Shown here piece by piece: positions 14,020 through 25,564 of a stretch of 64,000 nt of DNA (its first letter is position 1; each line of letters opens with the position of its first letter). This DNA comes from Marsupella aquatica. Taxonomy: Eukaryota; Plantae; Marchantiophyta. The notes beneath the pieces are model-generated. The model worked only from the letters and a program-made list of their open reading frames with translations, ran no database searches and was not told where the DNA came from. The position numbers were made by a program, and so were the translations under genes. The stretch is from contig OZ316895.1 in NCBI GenBank assembly GCA_973895155.1, positions 11,430,858 through 11,494,857 of the forward strand, in the 5' to 3' direction.

Positions 14020-15149
14020 ACCGTCATTCGTCGAGGGTGGGATCGATAGTTTTTTGTTGTTTTACGGAGGGGACTGCATCTTCATGGTTCATGGAGGTGA
14101 GGCGTCATTTGCTGGTGGCGGCTGGCAATTTTGGGGAGGTTCATTGATCGATGCGAAAGGAGAGCGCGAGGTCTGAGTCTCGGCCCACTGCTAGGATTGA
14201 GTAGCGTTCATTCACCCCATTCTGCGAGATTTATTTCACATTGTAGCGCCTGCCAGATTGTTGGTGGGTTTTGGATTGGTGAGAGTGTCTCCCTTTGCTG
14301 TTCTTCAATAAGGTATGGAGGATTGTCCGCCCGCCAATGTAGCCCAAGAAACTGTTTAATCATGCATATCATAACATCTTCTGCATTATCTTTGCCTTCT
14401 CGTCATAAGTTCTTCTGCATTGTTCAGATTTGCATTAGATTAGTTGAGATCATTTGCAGAGTCTCCTTGTTCTTGTGCATTTTTGTCATCATGAAATCCA
14501 TGTACTCCGGTTCTGCTGCATAGTTGCCTGCGAGCTTTAGGCAAAGTGGACTTCACGACAGAGATTAATCTCCATCCCCCTTGAACCCGCCTGTATTTTT
14601 TTCTTGGTCGAAGCATTAGGTTGATTTCAGCTCTTTTTGCCTAAGTATGAGTTCTGCTGCCCTGTTTGAATACCAAGACATCTGTGTGTTCTAGTTTTGC
14701 TTATATCTGAACCTGTTCTCTTCTTGGTTTGGTCCAGCTATCATGAGAATCGCCTCTTGTTGTGTTCTTGTTGCAAACATTGATGGGCTGTTTTGTTTTG
14801 GTGAGAGTATCTCCCTCTGTGCTTCTTCCAGAGGAGGATTGTCCGTCAATGTCGCCCAACATACTGTTTCCTGCATTTTTTTGCATCATGTCGATGCGCA
14901 GAATACCATTACCTGAATGTCTCTTGCATTCTGCAATTTTTTAGCCTTAGCACCATCACATCCATGTCTTTCGGTTCTGGCACTGTATAGTTTCAATATT
15001 ATGTTGATAACAGTGCAGGGACAGTTTCCATATGGCAGTTGAATCCTATCCATTAACAAGTGCAAAGCAGTACAAGACGAAGGTCAAGGTCATAGGCTGG
15101 AGAGGTTGGGTTTGATTTTGAGCCCAACCAAGGTTCAAGCTCAGTTTCC

Positions 15150-18100
15150 ATGGCACCACGAATGAGAAAAATTCAGGTAGCAGAGGAAGAGAATCACTTC
15201 CGACATCGTGTTCATGCTAAAGGCAAGCATGTGTTTGTCTGCATAGTTGGTGCTCACAAGCCTCGGTCATTCTCTTCCTTTGCTGGTTTCCAAACCCACA
15301 TGGACGTCACACACAAATTGGAGTTACCACGTGCATTATTGGAGGCGGGCCAACCTTGGTTGTATTCAAAATCCGACTTCTCCACTCGGATTGCCAAGAA
15401 ACATAAGGGCCATGGGCCAAATGCAAGGAAGGACAACAATGAGGCCTCTTGGAACCGACTTCGATCTACTGTGCGACTTCGATGGAGACAAACAAAGTTG
15501 CAGAAGAAGACAATGCTAAAGAAGAAGTATGGTGTTGCTGCAGATCAGTCGCTTGTTCCTGCAAAATCATTGCTCATTCATGTCATCAAGCAAGTGTACA
15601 TACGTGGAGGGCAGCCGAATGGTTGGTCATCCTTGTTGAGATGTTACAAGACTCTGTGTCAGCTGCTGCAATTACTCCTATTCTTTGTCGCTAGGTTGCT
15701 TCAATCCAAGAAATGCCGGTACTTCTACCTAGAGATCGCAAGTTGCAGGCACTTCAACTAGATTGTCGTGTTCTGCCATGCATTTTCCCCGGCCGGATGT
15801 GGAGGTGCAACCTCTTGAGCTGATGCAGTTTGAAACTATTCGAGATGCTCTCATTTTAAATGCCTTGAATTACTTGGCTCAGAAAAGAGCGCTTTTGTAG
15901 TGGAAGCATGGCCCCAAAGAAGTCAACTTTGAAGCTGCATACCAAGATTACATGGAGTGGAAAGAAGAGCAAAAGCCTGTCAGCATAGCCACAGCCACTA
16001 ACAATTTGCTGCAGGAATACAAAGGTCGGGGCATGACCACTGAAGCTGCACAAATAGAGGTATGACCTTCTTATTTTACTTCTTGCAATCTTTGCTTATT
16101 GTTTGTACATTCCATTCTCGTCATATTGTCTGAACCATGTGCAGGCTAGACTAAATGAAGAGTGGGAGGACACGTCTGACGATAGCGATTATGAGCCTGG
16201 GCCTGAGAAGTGGGGTCTGTTGCTAAATGATGTTGATCAACAGCCAGATGAGCCAAACATAGTATTTTCAGAACCTGTCCTCAATACTTCAGTTGAGGAC
16301 CCGCCTCTTGTACAAGATCCTATTGAGGTTCCTTCTCATGTTCAGGATGATGAAGACAATGATCATCAGAATCCTTCTCATGTTGAGGATTTAGACCATC
16401 TTATTGACCATCCTGTTCATGATCCTATTCAGGATCCTATTGACCATCCTGTTCAGGATGATGAAGACAATAATCATCAGAATCCTTCTCATGTTGAGGA
16501 TTTAGACCATCTTGTTGAGCATCCTGTTCATGATCCTATTCAGGACCCTATTGACCATCCTGTTCAGGATCCCATTGACAATCCTATTCAGGATGTTCAT
16601 GAACAAGGACTCAACTTTTCACAATAGTGTCACTTGGTTTCAAGCCTCCGAAATATTCTTAACGCCTATGGGGAGGGAGAGGACGGCTACCCCCTCCAGG
16701 TCAGTCTTTGTTTCTTTGCTTCAATTACTTTTGGAATTTCCTTGCAAATTGTGAATACATGAGCCTCATTGTATTCGGATGCTCCTTGTGTTCATTGCAG
16801 GAAGGAGTAGTATCGGAGACTATCTCGGAGTTTGTAGCACCACCAACCCCTACACCAGAGACTCTACTCCCAAACTTCATAGCGCCAGTCGCAGCAACAG
16901 CACCAGCCCTTGTACCGTGTATATTAGTCTCAGAGTCCTTACCACCACTTGCACCAGCACCACCAGCCATTGCACCACAGATTGTACTATTAGAGTCGGT
17001 ACCAGTAGCAGTAGCACGACCACCACCACCAGCCCTGCACCACAGATTGTAAGTCTCTAAAGTGCAAATTTGGAAGTCATTCAATTGCAATCTAGTCTGA
17101 ATACTTAAACCCCAATGTCTTTTCACTCCCCTAAGCATTCATTTCATATATTGTAGGGACAAAGACGAAGGGGAAGGGGTGTACCACTGGAGTTCCCATC
17201 CCCAGTACAAAAAGCAGCACCATCCCCTCCAATGTCAACAAACCCCTTCCAGGTTTGCCTTTGTGTTTTTTGTAAAAACATATGTTTGCAATGCTTTGCA
17301 ATGTCTGAATAAAGCTGCCTCATTGTCTTCGCCGTGCATTGCATTTCTTCATTCTAGAGACGGAGCGGAAGGGCAAGTGGAGGGGTTGTAGCAGTGGAAT
17401 CACCAGCACCAGCCCTCGCACCACGGATTGTAAGTCTCAGAAGTGCTTACTTGGAAGTCGTGCAATTGCAATCTAGCCTTCATACTTCAACCCCAATGTC
17501 TTTTCACTCCCAGGTTTGCCTTTGTGTTTTTGGTAAAAACATTTGTTTGCAATGCTTTGCAATGTCTGAATACATCTGCCTCATTGTCTTTGGTGTGCAC
17601 TGCAATGTCTTCATTCTAGAGACGAAGCGGAAGGGCTCTTGGAGGGGTTGTAGCAATGGAATCACCAGCACCAGCCCTCGCACCACAGATTGTAAGTCTC
17701 AAATGCGCTTACTTGGAAGTTTGAATACATCACCCTAATTGTCTTCTACGTGCACTGCAATTTCTTCATTCTAGCCCGTGCACGGGAAAGAAATTTGATA
17801 TAGGTCAGCCTGGTTTGCCTTCTTGTACAAGGCCACATTCCTTTCTATTCATATTACTTTGCAGGGGTTAAATACACAACCCTTGGTGTATTCAAGTCAG
17901 TTAATGATATTCTCCATTGTAGAGAGGAAGTAGAAGGGGAAGGGGTGTATCAGCGGTGCCCCCAAAACCAGCAGCAGCACCGGCACCGACAAGCAACCCC
18001 TCCCAGGTATGTCTTCATGTACCAGGCTAATTTCCTTATCAAACTGCTTTGCAGGGAGTGAATACACAACCCTCACTGTCTTCTATGTCAATTAATAATT

Positions 18101-19110
18101 TTGTTCATTGTAGGGAGGAAGACAAAGGGGAAGGGATGTGTAAGCAATGTCCTCAGCACCAGTGGCACTAGTAATCCCAGTACCAACAACCAACCCCTCC
18201 AAGGTACGCCTTTGTGTCTTAGGCCACATAATTGAATTCCTTCTCATCAGCGGCGTCCAATTGTTGAGTAATGTGAATACTTCTTTGTCAATGTCTTTTG
18301 ATGTTGCTTTGGATTGTAGGAAGGGCAACAACGGGAAAAAGCAAGCAAAAGGCGAAAAGGAAAGGGAAATTTGGTGGAGCAATCCCTTGCACCTGCCCCA
18401 ACCCCTATCCCAACAAATGAACACTCAGCCCCTGCCCCTGTAACAACACCAACACATGCACCTGCCAATATCCCTGGACCACCACTAGCACATGCCCCTA
18501 CACCACGACCAGTAGAAGCACCAGGCCCTATACCAGTGCCAACACCAGGCCCTGCACCGGCTACGAACTCCTCACAGGTATGCCTAAGGGTGCAGCAGAA
18601 AAATTCCTCTACTTCATTGTGGAATGTGAATACCTCTTTGTCCATGTATTCTAATGTCTTTGTGGGTTGTAGGTACCACAAGGAGGAGCTGCTTTGTCCT
18701 TAGTACCTGTTCCTGTCTCAAGGAAGAGGAAGGAGGCCTCTAAATCAAGCAAGGGTATGAGCCAGGCATTGAAGGTTGTTCCTCTATTGGCAGTCAACCC
18801 CAAAACAAAAGTTGTGTTTTTGCACCCCGAAGATGATGACTTAGCAACATCAGAAGTTGAAGACAGAGCACTAAGAGGCAAGCAAAAGCAAAGTAAAAGC
18901 TCGACAAGTAGAGGGGAGGGGCAAGGGAGAGGAGGAGGAGCACCTTCTACTCGACCAACTCCCTTGCATGAAATCCCGCTAGGTGATGGTGACAATGTAG
19001 ACACATTTGGGCCATCACAACTTTTGCATGACTCCCAAATGACTGCTTCACAAGATATATTCAGGGAGGTTATTGACCAACTCCCGCACCCTTCCCAATA
19101 TGCTGACTGA
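15150..19110 (+). pseudogene. MULE accessory gene: N-terminal C2H2-like zinc finger and basic region, acidic 37-aa repeats, multi-exon RG/Pro-rich tail; frameshifts and stops present
   Basis: ATG 15150 gives FVCIVGAH..FSSFAGFQTHMDVTH. GT-AG introns at 16060-16144 and about 7 more downstream. Repeated mini-exons; stop at 19110. Confidence 0.65.
16340..16570 (+). repeat. 111-bp coding tandem repeat x2 (VQDDEDNDHQNPSHVEDLDHLIDHPVHDPIQDPIDHP)
   Basis: GTTCAGGATGATGAAGACAAT occurs at 16340 and 16451. Confidence 0.9.
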
Positions 19111-19376
19111 GTGTGGACGCCCTTCCTGTGTGGTACTAAGTCATTTTTGTGGTAGCTTCAGTGGTCTTTAGATGCAATGTAGCTTGAGGTAGCTTCAGAT
19201 ACAATGTAGCTTCATTGGAAGGCGAGGACAATGATACATCTACACTGCAAGGTCACAACTCGACTTGCAACTTGTACTGGAAACATTTATGAATAAAAAG
19301 CAAGTTGCATTCACTATGTTCTGATGTATAAAAGTTATTCATTCTGCTGGATACTACCCTCAGTTTGCACCTTCAG

Positions 19377-19756
19377 TTTTGGAAGACATTGTTCACGTTG
19401 TCTTCGCACCACACTTAGCCATTTTTCCAACGACAGGATATTCTGCTTCAAGAAGCCATTTGAGCAGGGGTAAATGGTGGATGTTGTGGGTTTTGGAAGA
19501 CATTGTCCATATTGTCTTCGCACCACACTTAGCCATTTTGCCAACGGTTTTGGAAGACATTGTCCATATTGTCTTCGCACCACATTTAGCCATTTTGCCA
19601 ACGACACGATATTATGCTTCAAGAAGCCATTTGAGCAGGGGTAAATGGTGGATGTTGTGGGTTTTGGAAGACATTGTCCATATTGTCTTCGCACCATACT
19701 TAGCCATTTTGCCAATGACACGATATTCTGCTTCAAGAAGCCATTTGAGCGGGGGT
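19377..19756. repeat. 114-bp tandem array (units 114, 57, 114, ~95 bp)
   Basis: TTTTGGAAGACATTGT starts at 19377, 19491, 19548 and 19662. Confidence 0.92.
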
Positions 19757-20105
19757 ACTAAATGGCCAACACTAGTGGTTTCACACAAGATGCACGTGAG
19801 AACTGCAAAAAAGTTTCAAAATTTGTATAACATCTCAAAATTGTTGGAGTACAATGTTGTTGCAGACTTCAATGTCTGCAACTAAAGCAAAATTGCAATT
19901 GCTACTTCCTGTGAGCTATTATTTGAACTTGTTACCATTGTGGTGTAAACTAAGTCAAGAGCTCATTGCTACAAAATACTTCCCCACAACAGGTGCACCT
20001 AAATACTTCATGCCCAGACTCATCTACTCCAAGCAACTCAACATTAACTCTATGACCATCTGCTTTGATAGGAGCCCTCCATTGTGCACCCATTGCACTG
20101 AATTG

Positions 20106-20612
20106 TCATTGAAGCCATGCCTCTGCCTCAGAATGGGACCTAAAAGACTTGTGACTAGCTCCATTGAATCCGCTCACCTGACATTCTGCCTCCTCCCAAG
20201 TACAATATATCCGAGGACTGCGCCCCCTAGCAATGGCATACCATTTTTTCTTTGAGGTAGAGCCTAGATCACAATTGTATGGAAGAGCAATTGACTTAGA
20301 GCGAGAGGAGAAAGTATGTGATTGTAATTTCACCCTTGTGGCAGGCTGAGTTTGCGCAATGTCAACCAATTGTGCTTGTGAGGCTGACAAAGATGGACCT
20401 GCATTAGCACCCTGGCGCCGAGCCGATACAGGTTTTGGTGGCCCAACAACAGGCACTATAGGGGAATCGTGACCCTCTGATTTTGATGGCGTTGTACTTT
20501 GAGCAAGGGGAGGCAGCCCATCTCGATTCCACACTGAAGACAAACACAAAATCCGTTCAACATGTGATGGAGGAAGAAGAGTAGTGCACTCAAACCTGCA
20601 AATACGGTCCAT
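20106..20612 (-). CDS. MULE-borne protein ending in an RNase H1 N-terminal hybrid-binding / caulimovirus viroplasmin-like domain (true start uncertain, possibly spliced)
   Basis: C-terminal KKKWYAIARGRSPRIYCTWEEAECQVSGFNGASHKSFRSHSEAEAWLQ matches the YAV..GR.PG(I/V)Y.TW..C..QV.GF.GA..K.F....EA..F/W pattern. Confidence 0.8.
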   Translation of the reverse strand: MDRICRFECTTLLPPSHVERILCLSSVWNRDGLPPLAQSTTPSKSEGHDSPIVPVVGPPKPVSARRQGANAGPSLSASQAQLVDIAQTQPATRVKLQSHTFSSRSKSIALPYNCDLGSTSKKKWYAIARGRSPRIYCTWEEAECQVSGFNGASHKSFRSHSEAEAWLQ

Positions 20613-23296
20613 ATGGCGAACCCCAATGCCCAAAACAACTGAATGCCCCAACTAAAAACTAAATCCCTAGCACTCTCGCTCTCTCTGGCGCTCTCAGGCG
20701 CTGCACAATCTACTCAGACCTCTCTCTGGCGCTGTAGTGCTGTCCTGTCTGTCCTCTACTACACTGGTCTCCTACTACCTCCTCCCTTTGTTGTCACTCA
20801 CGTGGACAACTTCAAAGACTCTGCTTTAGTCCGCTCGCCAAACGCGCACATTCTCCATGGAACACTCTATGTCGACCAACGGTCCCGCGCGCCAATAGCA
20901 TTGCGGAAGTAGATTCAAATTTGAAGACATTATGGTCAATGTCTTCAATATCAATGAAGGAAGTTAAGAAGACAACATGGTCGCTGTCTTGAAGTGCAAG
21001 GATGGAAGATAAACAGGAAGACAACATGAATATGTTGTATTCATCAAAGAATAATGGTGGAAAAAAGTGACAAGAGTCTATTTTGATGCACAACCAAAGT
21101 TCAGTAATAAAGTAACTAGTAAGGTTCAGTAATATCAACATGATATTGTGACCCAAATCCCTGACACTCTATTGCAGCCTCATTGGCCAATTCCATGCAC
21201 CTATCAATGAAAGCTTGTGGCAATTGTTGTTCACTATTTGGGAGAAGGGGCTGAGGCACAATGCTCTGGATTGGTCCTGTGCCTGCTGTTGGTGCTGTCG
21301 ATTCAATACTATATTCAGTCTGTAGTAGTTGGTCTTCCCAAGGAAAGGGTGACACAGGTGGGTGCTCCAAATTGACTGCATCACCATTATCCACCTGCAT
21401 ATGAAGGCAACTTTAAAATCTGTCCCTAGCATGAGACCACACATGCATGAAGCCCACAAGTAATGATATATACTTGTAAGAAGACTGTTAATGTTGGAAT
21501 CCTTACTCTTGCCGGATCTATTGGCGTCACACTATGGACTTTATCACAAGATCTTCGGTTATGTCCAACCTGCCCACACTTACTGCACCTGCACTTCCCA
21601 GTGTTAGGCCCCGCTTTCTTTGCCCTCGATTGAACTTGAACAATTGGAAGTCCAGCAATAGTGTTTGCTGTTGAAAAGGGTTCCACCCTGTTTGGATCAT
21701 CATCTAGTGGATATCTCAAGAATAGTTGTCCAAGGGAGTCAATCACTGATTCTTTGCCTTCTCCAAGAGCCCTAGGTGGATGCCTCCCTCCACGACCCTG
21801 TTCGATGCGGACCATTCTATGTCTACCCCTTTTCACAGCAGCCATAGGAGCAACACAATTTGGACTTGGCATTAAGTCTGATACAATAAAGCTAGGTAAA
21901 TCATTGTCATACAAAGCCCTAATTGAAGCAGTCCGCCAACATTTGTGAAAATGAGCAGAAAAATTTCTGCCTTCCTGGTCATCCCAAGCCATTATATGCT
22001 CACATGGCCACACCATCTCTTGCAGCTCCCAACAAGTGCAACATTTCTTTGGTGACAGTGACACTAGATACTCCTCACTTTGGGATGTAGTTTGAACCTT
22101 GGCTGTGGACGCACCATCATCAAACACCTGAGCATATGAAAACTTGGATATAATTACAAAACTATTCAAATAAAGAATACATTCATACTAGTGTATTTTA
22201 ATTCAACACCGAGCTATTAAGAAGACATTGATGTTACAGTATATATAGAACACGTAGCTAGTAATGCATACACAAGACCAGGCATGAAGATTACCTGCCA
22301 TTGACCAAACGTCTTGAGATTCTTGTTGTACCTGACCAGGGCTGGAATAGTGAGTACTTCCTGTCTCGCCAACGCAACTGCTTTCCTTTCTTTAAACTTT
22401 TGCTGAACATATACCCACATGCGCTCCATCAACTTGCAAGGAGCAAATTCGCGCAAGGGGAGTAAGCCTGAATTTGCTTGCTCAGCAGGGTTGCTTGTAA
22501 CCTTTGCCATGCGGGGAAGTGGAAAGGCATGCCTGGCATAAAGTTTTGCATCAAAACTTCTGATGTAGTCTACAACATTTGCATTCTCATGTGCCTTGAC
22601 GGACTCTGCCAGTCGCTTCAAACATGCTTCAAATCTGATACAGGTTCACAGGGAAAACATTGATGTTAATGTATACAATCATGTCATACACAGAGAAAAC
22701 ATTTGCGTGAGTGATATGTACTTCACATTCTGTATTTGAGGAGAGGTAATATTACTGTATTGAACACTGAGTATGCGGTGTATACATAAGAAGACAAATG
22801 TATGTAGAATCAAAGCAATGAAGGTTTTTGGACTTACTGTCTTTCATCGTTGGCATATATGCATCCTATAAAAATATCTGCTGCTGCTTTGCCATGCCTG
22901 TTCTTGACATTAGCTCTCAAGTGGTTTGCACATGCTGCTGCATGTATCTTACCTGGCCATACATACACTAGTACATATTAAGCTGATTTCCGATGCTCAA
23001 TTTTTGCGAACAATCGGCGTTCGATTCTTTTAGCATCGGAAATTCCGATTATCAAAAAATGGCAATATGCCATACTCTCGGCTTCGGATATCTTCATTTC
23101 TGATATAATTGACAACGGAACCTTTCCGATGCGTTAAAAAACGGATCATATCCGTTAGAAAATACATCGGATCCCTCAACATAAACTTTGATTGATATGT
23201 TCGATGTTTTTTGTAACGAAAATGATGTGCGTTACAATATTGATCGGAAACTTTCCGTAGTTAATAATAACGGATATTATATCCGATTGTGCTAAC

Positions 23297-23478
23297 ATGG
23301 CAAAGTCCGATGTTAGGAGAATGGGAAAGTCCGATGCTGGGAGTATGGGAAAGTCCGATTCTAGAAGAATGGGAAAGTCCGATGCTGGAAGAATGGGAAA
23401 GTCCGATGCTGGGAGTATGGGAAAGTCCGATGCTAGAAGAATGGGAAAGTCCGATGCTGGGAGTATGGGAAAGTCTGG
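23297..23478 (+). repeat. 24-bp tandem repeat (ATGGGAAAGTCCGATGCTRGRAGW), ~7.5 copies
   Basis: Directly visible in the sequence; mirrored at 24325-24505. Confidence 0.93.
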
Positions 23479-24324
23479 TTATGACAAAAAGAAATTTTTT
23501 GATTGTGTTAGAATGAAAAGTTTTGATGTGTTAGATGGGGTATGTGGTTGCACCGACATACTCTTCCCAAAAGATGCAATCATTCTTGCATGCATGAATA
23601 ACTTCATACTTGAGGCAAATGGACTTGAGTGTTGTTTTTGCCTCATTCCAAGACCCAACATATTTTTCCCTTACGGAAATATGTGCTCAACATGCCAAGT
23701 CCAAAATACATCATCTAGAAGGAGGTTGCTTGTCCCATGTAGTCTTTGTTGCAAGTCCAACAACAACATAGTTGATAAAAGATGAGACAATCAGGAGCCA
23801 TTGACGCTGAGGCTTTGGAAGGACCAAAATATCATCCATAACTAATAAGCCATAATTATCCCATATCAAATCTAATGAAGGAGGGCTTTACTATCGATGA
23901 ATGACCCCTGCCAGATTTCTATTGGTTTCTCCTAAGGGAATGTAATAGGGTAACTAGAATAGGTCACTTGATGCAAAGATCTAATCTCATGATAGAGAAA
24001 AATGGATCAAGAATGGGTCCAAATTATGGGTCTTAGTAAACTCACAAGTGTATAAAATCCCCAAACACTCTAAGTCAAACAACAAAAGTGCTAAGCTTGC
24101 ATGTACAATGTAAGGAATAAGAACCACAAAGTTAAGCTCATGTTGGAGGAATAGCAATTGGGATGGGTGACCAATTAGTTGAGAAAATTTGAAGAGTTCA
24201 CATGTCAAGGGAGATGGGCACCTAGCTCATAGTTCCAAATGAAAGTAGAAACCCAATTAAAGGAAGAGATGGGTGACCTGAGCATGTCGCGTCCGCTGAA
24301 ATGCATATCCCATTTTGATTGCTT

Positions 24325-24505
24325 CGGACTTTCCCATTCTCCTAGCATCGGACTTTCCCATTCTCTCACCATCGGACTTTCCCATTCTCCTAGCATCGGA
24401 CTTTCCCATTCTCTCACCATCGGACTTTCCCATTCTCCTAGCATCGGACTTTCCCATTCTCCCACCATCGGACTTTCCCATTCTCCCACCATCGGACTTT
24501 CCGAT
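24325..24505 (-). repeat. 24-bp tandem repeat, inverted counterpart of 23297-23478, ~7.5 copies
   Basis: CATCGGACTTTCCCATTCTC units. Confidence 0.93.
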
Positions 24506-25564
24506 AGAAGTCCGATTGTCGATATCTGATACTATTAAAATGGCATGTTGCGATGCTAGTAGTATCGGATATATGGTTTTTCAAATTTTATTTTACAAAG
24601 GCGTCCGATGTGGAGAGAATCGGAAAAAGGAGGTAAAATGTACTAGTGATAACTCACAACGGCAAGTAGACCTTTATGTCGGTCTGATATGAGTGGCATG
24701 TGAGGCGATTCAATGCCGTACAGTGATCTATCTACCAACACTAGTAGAAACCGGGGGGTATTTAGACCCCATTAAACGACTATTCAGTACCGTATAGGAC
24801 TTGGAAACGACTGGGAAGGACTCTAGTCCTTTATAGGACTGCGAGTCGTATGTTTTGTTACTATAATCAACTGAGTCCTTTATAGAACTGGTTTATAAGT
24901 CGTTTAATAGACTGGATTTTCAGTCTATTTTAGTCTTTGTGTGGGTAGCTTTGGTGAGTCGTTTTCAGTCTTTTATGGGCTGCGATGATGAGTCGTTGGG
25001 AACGACTAAAAAGGTTATGGAGGGTAGTCTTTAAATATACTTTGTGGGGTATGTATAAGTCTTTCATGTCAACTGGATATGAGTGATGAAGACCCCACTA
25101 TACTACTTGGAATGAACCCACTCTTGTGCACAAATAACATATTGCATTCATGTTTTATTGTGTACTTGGAATGAACTCACTCTATAAGTTCACCATTCAT
25201 CATGTTAACATTAGAATACATAGTTTCAGAAAGCCATCTTCTATACCATGTACACTAATATGAATTCACAGATTCAAACTTCATAGACTACAAAGAAGGT
25301 CACAAAGTATTCCTCTATACCATACACACTAATACTGAAATGATAAAATAGATTCAAGTATCATAGACAATCACCATAGAGCCATAGTTTGACATCAATC
25401 ACTTGTTTCATACATACAGAATTCAGAAATATCAATGTCACACACAACGTCTCCTTCATCCTCTTTACCAAATGGAAAAATTGGTACAGATATTTCTTGG
25501 ATCTTTCCAAGGCAATGTCAAAATGTGACACAATTCACATGATTCTATCTACACTTGCATTCAG

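Larger units (their letters stand above)
22966..24648. mobile_element. Non-autonomous CACTA element (1.68 kb)
   Basis: Termini CACTAGTACAT...ATGTACTAGTG, 3-bp TSD ATA, and many subterminal TCCGAT/ATCGGA motifs. Confidence 0.92.

Noticed and set aside
19335-19885. ORFs on both strands over the 114-bp array
   Set aside because: A by-product of a repeat whose length is divisible by 3; no coding signature.
23289-24692. Repeat-protein ORFs (WESPMLGE / MGKSDA) or a CRISPR-like array
   Set aside because: These are 24-bp tandem repeats, open in several frames because the unit is a multiple of 3. There are no unique spacers and the context is a eukaryotic CACTA element.
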